Shown here in pieces: positions 45,035 through 54,762 of a DNA stretch of 64,000 nucleotides. The DNA comes from Actinomycetota bacterium (GTDB taxonomy: Bacteria; Actinomycetota; Aquicultoria; Aquicultorales; JAMCWL01). Positions within the stretch are counted from its first letter, which is position 1. Every line of letters begins with the position of its first letter. Both the position numbers and the translations under genes were made by a program. Below the pieces are notes generated by a model. The model was not told the origin of the DNA. It saw nothing but the letters and a program-made list of their open reading frames with translations, and did not search any database. The stretch spans positions 10,205 through 74,204 of the forward strand of contig JAMCWL010000103.1 of NCBI GenBank assembly GCA_023481285.1, read 5' to 3'.

Positions 45035-45060
45035 AGTTACTAAGTTACTAAGTTACCAAG
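45035..45060. repeat. Intergenic tandem word repeat (AGTTACTA units)
   Basis: The sequence reads agttactaagttactaagttaccaag. Confidence 0.85.
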
Positions 45061-45063
45061 ATA

Positions 45064-45990
45064 CTATGGGACTAACGGCGCAAGGACGGGTTTCCTTTCC
45101 GGCACTATCGCGGGCGCATATGCCGGAGCTACGACCGATATCGCCCCGGGATGGACGGTGATCTCGGCTGGTAGTTGGCTTACGTACTCCCCATCGGCGT
45201 AGATCGGAAAGTCGCGATCCGCTTCCAGCCTGACCGCCTTGGTCTTGAGCATCCTCACCGCACTCGATTTTACGTGAGTCCCGTTAAACACGCGAGGAAA
45301 CATTATCATAAAGTGGGGTATCGAAATGTTTTCCACTATGCAGACGTCCAGGACGCCATCGTCGAACCTGGCGTCGGGCGTTACCCTCATGCCTCCCCCG
45401 TAGCTGGGGCCGTTGCCAACGGCAACCATCATGGCCTTGAGTTCTACTCTCCCGTCAGGCGTTGTGATCGAGAAGTTGGCGGCCTCGAAGCCGAAGAGCG
45501 TTCTTATCGTGGCGTAAACATAGACCTCCCGCCCCTTGATCCATGAGGTATCGTTCGCCGCCTTTGTGACCAGCGAATCAAAGCCCGCTCCGGCCACCTG
45601 GAAGAAGTAGCGCTCGTTCACCCGGCCGACATCTATTGAAACGGCGGTTCCCGATAGCGCCAACTTGGTCGCCTCGGCGGGCTTCAGGGGGATGCCCAAA
45701 CCAGCCGCCAGATCGTTTCCTGTGCCCGCCGGAACTACCGCAAGTTCAGTATCCGATCCGAAGATGCCGTTGAGCACCTCCCCAGCCACGCCGTCTCCCC
45801 CGACCGAGAGGATGCGAGAAAATCCCCGCTCGGCCGCGTGGTGGGCCAGTTCGATCGCGTGGCCCCTCCGCCGGGTAAAAGCGATCTCGTAATCCACGCC
45901 CATGTTCATGAGCGTGCCCGTTACCTCCGAGATCACACGCCTCGCTCTGCCCCTTCCCGATGTTGGATTAACGATTACAAAGAGCCTCAA
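45064..45990 (-). CDS. Diacylglycerol/lipid kinase (YegS/BmrU/DagK family)
   Basis: NPTSGRGRA, VGGDGVAGEVLNG and PAGTGNDLA are present. Confidence 0.8.
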   Translation of the reverse strand: MRLFVIVNPTSGRGRARRVISEVTGTLMNMGVDYEIAFTRRRGHAIELAHHAAERGFSRILSVGGDGVAGEVLNGIFGSDTELAVVPAGTGNDLAAGLGIPLKPAEATKLALSGTAVSIDVGRVNERYFFQVAGAGFDSLVTKAANDTSWIKGREVYVYATIRTLFGFEAANFSITTPDGRVELKAMMVAVGNGPSYGGGMRVTPDARFDDGVLDVCIVENISIPHFMIMFPRVFNGTHVKSSAVRMLKTKAVRLEADRDFPIYADGEYVSQLPAEITVHPGAISVVAPAYAPAIVPERKPVLAPLVP

Positions 45991-46114
45991 CCGAACCTCT
46001 CCTGCGAAGTGCTTGCGGATAGACTAATGATAGCGCTCCAACCTAAGGGTGTACATGTGGACCATCGGATTTTCATGGTAGAATAATCGAAGAGCGCATG
46101 GTTAGGAGTTCATT

Positions 46115-48067
46115 TTGCCGATTATCAAGACGACCTGTACTAGAGATTGTCCGGATGCCTGCGGCCTTCACGTCAAGGTGGAAGGCGGCCGAGCCACCTC
46201 CATCAGAGGAGCCCCCGAGCACCCAATTACCAAGGGCTTTGTCTGCTATAAGCAGCGGTACTTCCTGGATCGAGTTTACGGGAAGCGTCGTGTAAAATCT
46301 CCGCTCCTCCGTGAGGACGCCGGTTGGCGGGAACTCGACTGGAAGCAGGCCATTGGCCTTCTCGCCGGACGCATCGATATGGTTCTTGATCGCAGCGGCC
46401 CCTTAAGTCTCTTTCACTACCAGGGCAGTGGTTCGCTGTCGGCAACGAAGCTCTTGAACAGGCGATTCTTTAACCTCATAGGCGGTTCGACCTTCGCGAC
46501 CGGCAGTCTTTGCGGTGGCGCTGGGATGGCCGGGCAGAGACTTGATTTCGGCGCCAGGACCGCACACGATCCCCTGGACCTCGTAAACAGTAAGATGATA
46601 ATCATCTGGGGGAGGAATCCGGCCGCTACTAACATCCATCAAATGGGGCTAATTAGAGAAGCGAAATCCCGAGGAGCGACCGTTGCGCTTATCGACCCCC
46701 TGCCAACCGAGACGGCCCGCTATGCCGACTACCATCTGAAACCATCGCCCGGAACGGATGTTTTTCTGGCGCTCGCTATAGGAGCGGCGCTCATTGAGAT
46801 GCGCCTGGTGGACCTCGATTTCGTCTCAGAATATACCGACGGGTTCGCCGCATACGAGTCGATGATAAACAAGTACTCGATCGATTGGTTATCCCGCCGC
46901 TGTGACGTGCCCGCAATACAGATCGAGGAGGTGGCAATCGAATACGGTCGGATCAAGCCGGCCACCATACTGCTTGGCTGGGGTCCCCAGAGGTACGCGT
47001 GGGGCGGGGAGACCTTTCGGCTCATCGACGCCCTAGGGGCGCTCACCGCGAATCTCGGTGTTTCCGGCGGGGGTGTAAATTATGACATGGACAGCGCCAG
47101 GCACTTCGACGCCTCCCTTAAAGGTGATGACGGCCGTGTGACGGCGAGGCGCGATATATCGAAAGCCCGGCTTGGCATGGAGCTCCCTCTCTGCGATCCT
47201 CGTGTGGACGTGGGTATCGTCTGCGGAGCGAACCCGGCGGTCCAGTCGCTTGATGCACGGGAAACAGCCCAAGCGCTTTCCGATATCGGCTTTTTAGCGG
47301 TCATCGATTACGAGATGACAGAGACGGCCAAGCTAGCCGATCTGGTCCTGCCGTCCACAACATTCTTGGAAGAAAACGATGTCGTCGGCTCTTTTTTCCA
47401 CCACCATGTCGGCTGCGTCAACCGGGCGATTGATCCAGTAGGCGACTCAAAAAGCGACCTCGAGATCTTTCAGCTCGTGGCCGAGAAACTCGGCGTCTCC
47501 GGACTTGAAGGAAGTACTAACGAGTGGATCGATCGACTGCTGAGACCGGTCGAGGACGACGGCATCACCCGACAAGCGCTTTCCAAGCGGACCTGGATCC
47601 GGACTTCCGAACCGTGCGTACCGTTCGAGGGCGGTCGTTTTCCGACGAGTAGCGGGCGCTTCAACTATGTCAGTGAGGTGCCGCAGGTCTGGGGATTCGA
47701 TAGCGATTATCCGCTCGTCCTTTTGTCCACCCATGCCAGGGAGTGGTTGCACTCAGAGATGACGGAAGAGCAGTTGAACGCTCCGCTGGTCCTGAAAATC
47801 TCCCCGGCGACGGCGTCGTCCGCCGGTCTTCAAGAAGGCGACCTTGCGAAGGTTTCTTCCCGAAGCGGTTCATTTAGAGCCGTCGTCAAGCTCGATGAGC
47901 GCGTCAGAGACGACACCATCGCTTGTCTTCAAGGGAGACCCTTGCCCGACGGCCCTAACGCGTCGACCGCCCAAATCATCAGCAATATCGGGGAGAATGC
48001 GTGCTACTACCAGACCCGCGTGAAGCTAGAGCGCCTTCGGCCGACCACCGACCGCCGACCACCTTAG
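46115..48067 (+). CDS. Molybdopterin (bis-MGD) oxidoreductase family protein, cytoplasmic type
   Basis: TTG start. The N-terminal 4Fe-4S motif is CTRDCPDACGLHV...C. The molybdopterin and C-terminal dinucleotide-binding domains follow. The last ~9 codons read into a CCGACC word repeat. Confidence 0.8.
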   Translation: MPIIKTTCTRDCPDACGLHVKVEGGRATSIRGAPEHPITKGFVCYKQRYFLDRVYGKRRVKSPLLREDAGWRELDWKQAIGLLAGRIDMVLDRSGPLSLFHYQGSGSLSATKLLNRRFFNLIGGSTFATGSLCGGAGMAGQRLDFGARTAHDPLDLVNSKMIIIWGRNPAATNIHQMGLIREAKSRGATVALIDPLPTETARYADYHLKPSPGTDVFLALAIGAALIEMRLVDLDFVSEYTDGFAAYESMINKYSIDWLSRRCDVPAIQIEEVAIEYGRIKPATILLGWGPQRYAWGGETFRLIDALGALTANLGVSGGGVNYDMDSARHFDASLKGDDGRVTARRDISKARLGMELPLCDPRVDVGIVCGANPAVQSLDARETAQALSDIGFLAVIDYEMTETAKLADLVLPSTTFLEENDVVGSFFHHHVGCVNRAIDPVGDSKSDLEIFQLVAEKLGVSGLEGSTNEWIDRLLRPVEDDGITRQALSKRTWIRTSEPCVPFEGGRFPTSSGRFNYVSEVPQVWGFDSDYPLVLLSTHAREWLHSEMTEEQLNAPLVLKISPATASSAGLQEGDLAKVSSRSGSFRAVVKLDERVRDDTIACLQGRPLPDGPNASTAQIISNIGENACYYQTRVKLERLRPTTDRRPP

Positions 48068-48100
48068 TACCTTGGTACCTTAGTACCTTGGTACCAAGTA
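48062..48100. repeat. Intergenic tandem word repeat (GGTACCTTAGTACCTT units)
   Basis: The sequence reads ccttagtaccttggtaccttagtaccttggtaccaagta. It contains the stop codon of the molybdoenzyme gene. Confidence 0.9.
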
Positions 48101-48173
48101 AGGGCACGCCAATGGCATGCCCTTTAGAGTACGACAGCGTGCTCTAAATACATAAGCACGCCGGTGGCGCGCT
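48101..48173. repeat. Cluster of three REP-like hairpins
   Basis: The hairpins are agggcacgcc-aatg-gcatgccct, tagagtacg-acag-cgtgctcta and agcacgcc-ggtg-gcgcgct. Confidence 0.7.
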
Positions 48174-48716
48174 CTACGCAGCAGCGGCTAACTCTTCACC
48201 TATCATCTGTATGAGCTTGGCAGCAAAGGCCTCGGCATCTCGAGGGTTGCGTGAGCTCACAAGGTTTCCGTCGACGACCACCTGCTGATCTACATAGTTT
48301 GCACCGGCGTTCTTCAGGTCAACGGCAATCGACGGCCAACAGGTCAACGTTCTTCCCTTGACGACGCCGGCCGTTATTAGAATCTGCGGCCCGTGGCAGA
48401 TGGCGCCGACGGTCTTACCCGAATTGACGAAGTCGCGAACAAAGCTCACCGCCCGATCATCCAGCCTGAGCTTATCGGGGGAGTAACCTCCAGGTATGAC
48501 CAGCCCGTCGAAATCATCGACGCTCACTTCGTCGAATGACTTATCGGTCGTCACGCAAACTCTGTCATGGTCGCCGCAAAAGTCGTCGCCAGCTCTCAAA
48601 CCGACGATCGTTGCGTCGGCTCCCACCTCTTTCAACCGGTTATAGGGCACCTCGAACTCGGTATCGTCGAAATCTTTCGCCAAGATAAATGCGATTCTCT
48701 TCCCTTGTATCGCCAT
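48174..48716 (-). CDS. DJ-1/PfpI family protein
   Basis: AICHGPQIL (nucleophile elbow Cys) is present in an overall PfpI layout. Confidence 0.85.
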   Translation of the reverse strand: MAIQGKRIAFILAKDFDDTEFEVPYNRLKEVGADATIVGLRAGDDFCGDHDRVCVTTDKSFDEVSVDDFDGLVIPGGYSPDKLRLDDRAVSFVRDFVNSGKTVGAICHGPQILITAGVVKGRTLTCWPSIAVDLKNAGANYVDQQVVVDGNLVSSRNPRDAEAFAAKLIQMIGEELAAAA

Positions 48717-48943
48717 TTTTCAAATCACCTCGATCGACTTGATACCCACAAACGACCGCGCATCACCGCCGTCAAGATAAATACAAGCGTTCAACGGCTT
48801 CGCCGAGGAATGAAATGACGAGGCAAGAATAGGTGATAACCGCCAGGTAAGCGCTAGCGGCTAGGGGCCAGTTGCTAGTGGCTAATTCGGTGGATCGGTG
48901 GTCGGCGGTCTGTGTCGGTGGTCGTTAAAGCTTTACGGCAGGG

Positions 48944-49219
48944 TTATTCTTTCGCGGGGAGTGCGTTCTCCAAGTACTGCTTGCAGGCAAGGCACTCCTT
49001 CTTCGCCGGCTCCGGCCGGTTGGGCGTAAAAATGAGAAGTGGATCTTCGCTAAGAACTCGCTTGGGGCTATTGCACACTGCCGTCCAGCAATTCAAGGGG
49101 CAAAGATCCGTCGACTGGTAATGCGGACAGTGCTCTCGCATATCATCGTCACAAGGTATGACTTCCCAACAATTTACTGCCACCTTCACCACCTTAAACC
49201 AGGATAACAGCCTCGCCAT
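48944..49219 (-). CDS. Cysteine-rich small protein, two-CW-domain-like
   Basis: NCWEVIPC...CPHY...CPLNCWTAVC...CLACKQY contains two C-W motifs and 9 Cys. Confidence 0.45.
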   Translation of the reverse strand: MARLLSWFKVVKVAVNCWEVIPCDDDMREHCPHYQSTDLCPLNCWTAVCNSPKRVLSEDPLLIFTPNRPEPAKKECLACKQYLENALPAKE

Positions 49220-49239
49220 CAGCTAGCAACCACTGATCG

Positions 49240-49557
49240 CTATTTCTTTCCGGCGGCCGAATAAACGGAGAATATGGTCCCACAGCTCTCGCAAGGCGTC
49301 GGCACTTTGGGCTCTACTGTCGACCTCTCCTTGCTGCAGATGGGACAGACGAGCCGTGACTCACCAAGTCCATTGAGCAAATCTTCTTCGTGCTGGCGCA
49401 TGATCGCCTTCATGGCCGACATCAATTTCCTGGCGCAATCCTCGCAAATGTCGAAGCGCATTCTTGACTTTTCGTCGAGCGAATTGTACTTCGCCAGATT
49501 GAAAAGCCAGAGCGAGCGAGCCCCTTTTCCGCAGATTGAACAGATTTCGCGCCTCAT
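49240..49557 (-). CDS. Zinc-ribbon hypothetical protein (four CxxC pairs)
   Basis: The CxxC pairs are CSIC, CEDC, CPIC and CESC. Confidence 0.5.
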   Translation of the reverse strand: MRREICSICGKGARSLWLFNLAKYNSLDEKSRMRFDICEDCARKLMSAMKAIMRQHEEDLLNGLGESRLVCPICSKERSTVEPKVPTPCESCGTIFSVYSAAGKK

Positions 49558-49690
49558 TCTTCCCTCACCCTTGAGCTTGAGACTCCACCCTCGAATCGCC
49601 GTTGGGTCATACCGGTTCAGCCCTTTAGTTCCTTAGTTTATTCTTTAAGCAACCTGCCGGCAACCGTTCTCTAGCTACAAGTTATATTGC

Positions 49691-52126
49691 TTACAGCTTC
49701 TGTATCCGGCGCCTGCCAAGCAGAATGGAATTCACCGTGACCGTGATGGTGCTCGCCGACATAGCGAAGGCGGCGATTCCCGGCGACAAGAGCAGGCCGA
49801 AGGCAGGGTAGAGCACTCCGGCGGCTATCGGCAGGGCGACGGTGTTATAGGCTATCGCCCAGAAGATGTTCTGCCTGATCTTGCGGAGAACGAGCGTTCC
49901 AAGCTTGATCGCGGCTACAACATCCCTTGGATCGTTTTTCATAAGGACGATTGCGCCGGACTCCACGGCGACGTCCGTTCCGGCACCGATGGCGATCCCG
50001 GTGTTCGCCTGGACGAGAGCCGGTGCGTCGTTTATTCCATCCCCGACCATAGCCACGTTCTTCCCCTCTGACTGCAGCTCTTTCACCTTCTCGGCCTTTT
50101 GAGCAGGCAGAACCTCGGCAAAGACCCTGTCAAAGCCGAGCTCGGCGGCGACAGCCTCCGCCGTCGCCCTATTGTCCCCGGTCACCATGGCGACCTCTAT
50201 ACCCATCTCTTTAAGCGCACTTATAGCCTCTCTCGACTCCGGCCTGATGCGATCGGCAAGCCCTAGGATTCCTGCGACGGACCCGTCAACCTCGACAAAG
50301 ATGATCGTCAAGGGTTGTTTTTTCAGGCGCGTCAATTCAGCCGCGGCCGGCTCCAAGGAAACGCCTCGCTCCTCCATCAGAGTCGCGTTCCCGACGGCAA
50401 TCTCGCGCCCCTCCACAATGGCGACCGCCCCTCGTCCGGGCTCGGCGCGAAAGTCGCTGGTGGTTGGCAACTCCTTTATACGCTCCCGAGCGGCGTCGAC
50501 TATCGCCCTGGCAAGAATATGTTCCGAGCCCACTTCGAGCGCCGCCGCACTCCTTAGCAACGCCTCTTCACCGAACCCGGAAAGAGCTACAACTTCTCTG
50601 ACCTCCGGCTTTCCTTCGGTAAGCGTACCCGTCTTGTCAAAAAGAACGGTCTGTATCCTGGCGGCCCCCTCAAGTGCGAGTGCGCTCTTGACCAGAATTC
50701 CCTGCCTTGCCCCCAGGCCGGTCCCGACGACGATAGCGATCGGCGTCGCGAGAGCAAGCGCGTCCGGGCAGGCGATTATGATCGTCGCTATCCCGGCCGT
50801 CAACGCAAAGACCGCCCCCTTGCCACCCAAGACAAGCCAGATGAGAAACGCCGCCGTGCCACCGCCCACCGCGACTGGCACCAGCCACGCGGCAACCCGG
50901 TCGATTATCCGCTGTACCGGCGCCCTCGTCCTCTGAGCCGCCTGTATGAGAGCGACTATCTGGTTGAGCGTCGTGTCCTCGCCCACCTTCTCGGCCACCA
51001 TCCGGATGGAGCCTTCCTGGTTTATCGTCGCCCCGATCACTGGGTCACCAACCTTCTTCCCCACCGGCAGCGACTCCCCGGTGATCATCGACTCGTTGAT
51101 CGAGGTCGTTCCCTCGGTGACCCGCCCATCCACCGGCACCTTCTCTCCCGGCCGCACAAGTAGAATATCGTCGGCCGCGACTTGCTCGACGGGTACCGTC
51201 TCCACCTCCCCATCGGTAACCCGGTTGGCCGTTTGTGGAGTCAGATCAAGCAGGGCCTGAATCGCTTCGTTCGTCCGCCCTCGGGCCGCCATTTCGAGCC
51301 AATGACCGAGAAGAACGAAGGTGAGAAGTAAGGTCGCCGCCTCGTAGAAGGTCTCCCCACCAAATAGAAAAGTCGCGGCGACGCTGTACAAATAAGCAGC
51401 CAGAACGGCGATGGAGACAAGGACCGCCATATTTGCCGTCCGCTGCCGCAAAGCCCGATACGCCCCCGTAAAGAAGAACCAGCCACCATAGAAGACGGCT
51501 GGTGTGGCTAGGACGAAGTGGAAGATATTGCGATCGAATGGGAGCGGAATTGAACGACGGATGAAGAACTCTCCCACCGGCGAGGTGATGAGGATTATAA
51601 AGGTGGGGATGGCGCTGACGATAAAGGCGTTTCTAAGGGCGGTAACCATTTCGGGGCCGTGAGCGGCGTGCTCGGACTCGAGGCCGTACTCGGATTGCCA
51701 CGCCGGCGCGACGTGCTCGTGCGCCGCGTGTTCCGGCTTCTCGGGGGCCACCTGTTCCTCCATTCTTGCGCTTCCCGGATGAATGTGGGCGTGCTCGTGA
51801 CACTTGCATTCGCAGCACCGCTCAAAGATCACCTTGTTAAGCTGCTCTTCACTGATCCCGGACGGATCGTAGGTGACGGTAACCTTTACCGCGTCGAGAT
51901 CGACCCGCGCATCCTGAACGTACGGGTTTCGCCGCAACATCTTCTCCAGCTCTTCCGCGTAAGCCGGATGCTTCGGGATACCCTCTATGCGAAAGTCTTT
52001 CGTAACATAGCGCCCGCCTGTAACATAGCGCCCGCCGCCCGGCGGTGGAGGACCGCCGTGCGTCTCATGACCGCCGTGCCCCTTACCACCGTGGGACTCG
52101 TGCCCACTGTCGCGATCTCTATCCAC
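49691..52126 (-). CDS. P1B-type heavy-metal translocating ATPase (CopB-like, His-rich N-terminus)
   Basis: [17 protein letters not shown] and TGES are present. The TM6 motif reads [11 protein letters not shown]. The N-terminus is [17 protein letters not shown] and a [13 protein letters not shown] cluster follows. Confidence 0.85.
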   Translation of the reverse strand: MDRDRDSGHESHGGKGHGGHETHGGPPPPGGGRYVTGGRYVTKDFRIEGIPKHPAYAEELEKMLRRNPYVQDARVDLDAVKVTVTYDPSGISEEQLNKVIFERCCECKCHEHAHIHPGSARMEEQVAPEKPEHAAHEHVAPAWQSEYGLESEHAAHGPEMVTALRNAFIVSAIPTFIILITSPVGEFFIRRSIPLPFDRNIFHFVLATPAVFYGGWFFFTGAYRALRQRTANMAVLVSIAVLAAYLYSVAATFLFGGETFYEAATLLLTFVLLGHWLEMAARGRTNEAIQALLDLTPQTANRVTDGEVETVPVEQVAADDILLVRPGEKVPVDGRVTEGTTSINESMITGESLPVGKKVGDPVIGATINQEGSIRMVAEKVGEDTTLNQIVALIQAAQRTRAPVQRIIDRVAAWLVPVAVGGGTAAFLIWLVLGGKGAVFALTAGIATIIIACPDALALATPIAIVVGTGLGARQGILVKSALALEGAARIQTVLFDKTGTLTEGKPEVREVVALSGFGEEALLRSAAALEVGSEHILARAIVDAARERIKELPTTSDFRAEPGRGAVAIVEGREIAVGNATLMEERGVSLEPAAAELTRLKKQPLTIIFVEVDGSVAGILGLADRIRPESREAISALKEMGIEVAMVTGDNRATAEAVAAELGFDRVFAEVLPAQKAEKVKELQSEGKNVAMVGDGINDAPALVQANTGIAIGAGTDVAVESGAIVLMKNDPRDVVAAIKLGTLVLRKIRQNIFWAIAYNTVALPIAAGVLYPAFGLLLSPGIAAFAMSASTITVTVNSILLGRRRIQKL

Positions 52127-52286
52127 GGATTGACCCCCATCTCATAATCTATCTCTTTGTTCGGCCTCTTAACTACGAGCTTTACGCAATTGCCCGACAG
52201 ACCTTTTAACCTATCTGACTTACACGCTTTTTACCGTCACAGTTGATCTGATTGCTTGGTTCTCAGACCCTGCAACAACGCCAAAA

Positions 52287-52337
52287 GCTGATGGCTGACG
52301 GCTGATGGCTAATGCCGGATAGCTGATAGCTGATGGC
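52287..52337. repeat. Intergenic tandem word repeat (GCTGATGG / GCTGATAG units)
   Basis: The sequence reads gctgatggctgacggctgatggctaatgccggatagctgatagctgatggc. Confidence 0.9.
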
Positions 52338-52453
52338 TTCCTTTTTTTCGCTTGCTTAACCTGAGTAGAAGGCCCGGTCGCCTATTTATTCTATCATTCA
52401 TTTTTTTAAGCTAACATACGGTTTACGTTTCAACATTAAGAAGGGTGATCCGG

Positions 52454-54706
52454 ATGAAAAGCGGTATCAGACAGAGACTGATGATTATATACTTGATCGT
52501 CATCCTCCCGCTCACGGCGCTGATAGGTTATAACTACTACCACTCCTACCAGAACCGAAGGGACCACGCGATCAGCGAGCAATATCATATGTCCAGGCTG
52601 GCCGGGAGCAGCTTCGAGCGCTTCGTCGCCGACGTTGTCGAGACCAACCGGGGCACGGGGACGGTAATCTACTCGAACCGGATGAACATTCCCCAGGCGA
52701 ACGCGTTTCTCGCCTCCGCCAAGCAGGGTTATCCCATGGTCAACATGTTCTACGCCAACGAAAGCGGGATAGTGACCGCATCGTCGACGCCGGGCCTCAT
52801 CAACGCCAATCTAACGACCATGCCCCAGTATGCCAGATTGGCCAGCGGGGGTGCGGAATGGACGATCACCAACTTCCAACAGAACGCGAATGGTGAGTTC
52901 GGTTTCACCATATTGACCGCGGTCCGCAGCGGCGGAAGCCTCGTGGCCGTCTCGGGATGTCAAGTTAATAGCCGTGATATCCAGCAGATAATCCCCAAGG
53001 ACTTGCTGAATGGAACGGTTATCCTGACCGACGCCCAGGGAAATGTCGTCTTCAACAGCGCAATTCCCAACATGGGCGTCTCGGAGAGGAACTGGAGTAC
53101 TTATGAACCAGTTAGAACGGCCCTCAAGGGCGCCAGTTTCAAGAGCGGATCGACGGCTTTGCCGGAGACCGACGGGGATTATACCGGCTCCTTCGTCCCG
53201 ATGACCTCGACAGGGTGGACCGCCGGCTATTTCACTCCCTCGGTTCAGGCGTTTGCTCACGTCAAGAACGAGGCCATGGTATCGCTCTTCATAATTCTTA
53301 TCGTGATCGCCATTTCAGCGGCGATCGGCCTCTTCTACATCAAGAGAATCAGCCGCCCGATAATCGACCTTTCCGCCAGGTCGGTCGAGATCGGCAAGGG
53401 CGATTTCAGCAGAACGGTTGAGGTCAAGACAGGCGACGAAGTCGAGCTCCTTGCCCGGAACTTCAACCGGATGCAGGGGGATCTGAAGAAGAACTTCGAG
53501 GATCTCTCCAGGCTCATCGAGGCGTCGAGATCGGTCAATTCCGCGCTCGACGTAAGGTCCGTCTCGGAGTCGGCGGCCGCCTACCTGAAAGATATCCTTG
53601 GCGCCGGAAACATCATCGTCAGAATCAAGGACCAGGACACCGGCAAGTTCTCGGTAATCTTTTCCAACGGCTTGGATGAGCACGAGGCCGAGCGCATCGC
53701 GCGGGCGTCCGACGCCTTCATGGGCTCCGCCGCCGAAGATACGCAAGCGGTCAGCTTTTATAATCTGGTCGATATCGGCTTCACTCCTGGAGTTTTCAAA
53801 GAGAGCGGCGTTAAAGCGCTCGTCTCGCTGCCGCTCGTCAGCAACAACCGGCTGATCGGGCGGATCGACGCCCTCATGACCGAGACGACCGGCTCGAAGC
53901 TCGGCCGCAGCGAGATGGGACTTGCCGTCAGTTTCTCCCAGCAGGTCTCCGTCGCCATCCAGAACGCCAAGCTCCTCGAGCGGGAGAGCTACATAGCGGA
54001 CGTTCTGCAGAAGAGCCTGCTTACCGCGCCGCAGCATATACCCGGCCTCGACATCGGCCTCGCCTATCAACCGGCGATAAGCGGTACCAAGGTCGGCGGC
54101 GATTTCTACGATTTCATCATATTCGATGAGGAGAGGGTGGCGATCGTGGTGGGCGACGTCTGCGGCAAAGGGATCGAGGCCGCAAGGTACACGGCGCTGG
54201 CCAAGAATGCCGTTCGCTCCTTCGCCTCTGAAGACCCGTCCCCCTCAAGCGTCGTCGAACGGGCGAACAAGCTGATCTGTGGAGAAAGCGACTCATTCCA
54301 CTTTATAACCCTCTTTTACACCCTGATCGACCGGAAGACCGGCAAAGTGAGATATGCAAGCGGTGGGCACCCGCCGGCGCTCTTCTTCGATCACCGAGGA
54401 GACTGCGTTAACGAGCTACTCTCCCCCGGCATGCCCCTTGGAATCGATCCCGGGGTCTCCTATGAAGAGAGGGAGTTCCTCCTCGATGATGGGGACAAGC
54501 TCCTGCTCTATACGGACGGGCTTACCGAAGCCAGACGCGACGATGAGATGCTCGGCCAACGCGGCGTGATACAGGCCTTCCTCGACCTCAAGAAGCACCG
54601 GGCGACCGATCTGGCCCCGAAGCTCGTCGAGGCCGCTCGCAGCTTCGTCGGCGGCAGCTTCAACGACGACATCGCCGTCATCGCCATAGAGCGCAAGGCA
54701 GCATAG
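52454..54706 (+). CDS. Membrane sensor PP2C phosphatase (Cache-like ectodomain, HAMP, GAF, SpoIIE/PP2C)
   Basis: A TM helix, a ~250-aa ectodomain and a second TM helix are followed by HAMP (RPIIDLS...FNRMQ), GAF and a C-terminal SpoIIE-type PP2C domain (GGDFYDF...VGDVCGKG...YTDGLTEA). I prefer the ATG at 52454 over the GTG at 52445. Confidence 0.8.
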   Translation: MKSGIRQRLMIIYLIVILPLTALIGYNYYHSYQNRRDHAISEQYHMSRLAGSSFERFVADVVETNRGTGTVIYSNRMNIPQANAFLASAKQGYPMVNMFYANESGIVTASSTPGLINANLTTMPQYARLASGGAEWTITNFQQNANGEFGFTILTAVRSGGSLVAVSGCQVNSRDIQQIIPKDLLNGTVILTDAQGNVVFNSAIPNMGVSERNWSTYEPVRTALKGASFKSGSTALPETDGDYTGSFVPMTSTGWTAGYFTPSVQAFAHVKNEAMVSLFIILIVIAISAAIGLFYIKRISRPIIDLSARSVEIGKGDFSRTVEVKTGDEVELLARNFNRMQGDLKKNFEDLSRLIEASRSVNSALDVRSVSESAAAYLKDILGAGNIIVRIKDQDTGKFSVIFSNGLDEHEAERIARASDAFMGSAAEDTQAVSFYNLVDIGFTPGVFKESGVKALVSLPLVSNNRLIGRIDALMTETTGSKLGRSEMGLAVSFSQQVSVAIQNAKLLERESYIADVLQKSLLTAPQHIPGLDIGLAYQPAISGTKVGGDFYDFIIFDEERVAIVVGDVCGKGIEAARYTALAKNAVRSFASEDPSPSSVVERANKLICGESDSFHFITLFYTLIDRKTGKVRYASGGHPPALFFDHRGDCVNELLSPGMPLGIDPGVSYEEREFLLDDGDKLLLYTDGLTEARRDDEMLGQRGVIQAFLDLKKHRATDLAPKLVEAARSFVGGSFNDDIAVIAIERKAA

Positions 54707-54762
54707 AACTTGGTACCTGTAACTTGCAAGGCAGCGTAGAACTTGCTACTTGCTACTTGCCG
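54693..54762. repeat. Duplicated 20-nt motif plus CTTGCTA tandem words between convergent genes
   Basis: gcaaggcagcAtagaacttg lies at 54693-54712 and gcaaggcagcGtagaacttg at 54726-54745, followed by ctacttgctacttgc. Both gene stops fall inside this block. Confidence 0.9.

Noticed and set aside
46115-48067. The molybdopterin oxidoreductase as a second selenoprotein
   Set aside because: The ORF is continuous with no in-frame TGA, and the position aligned by eye with the Sec/Cys Mo ligand reads Ser/Gly. Nothing indicates recoding.
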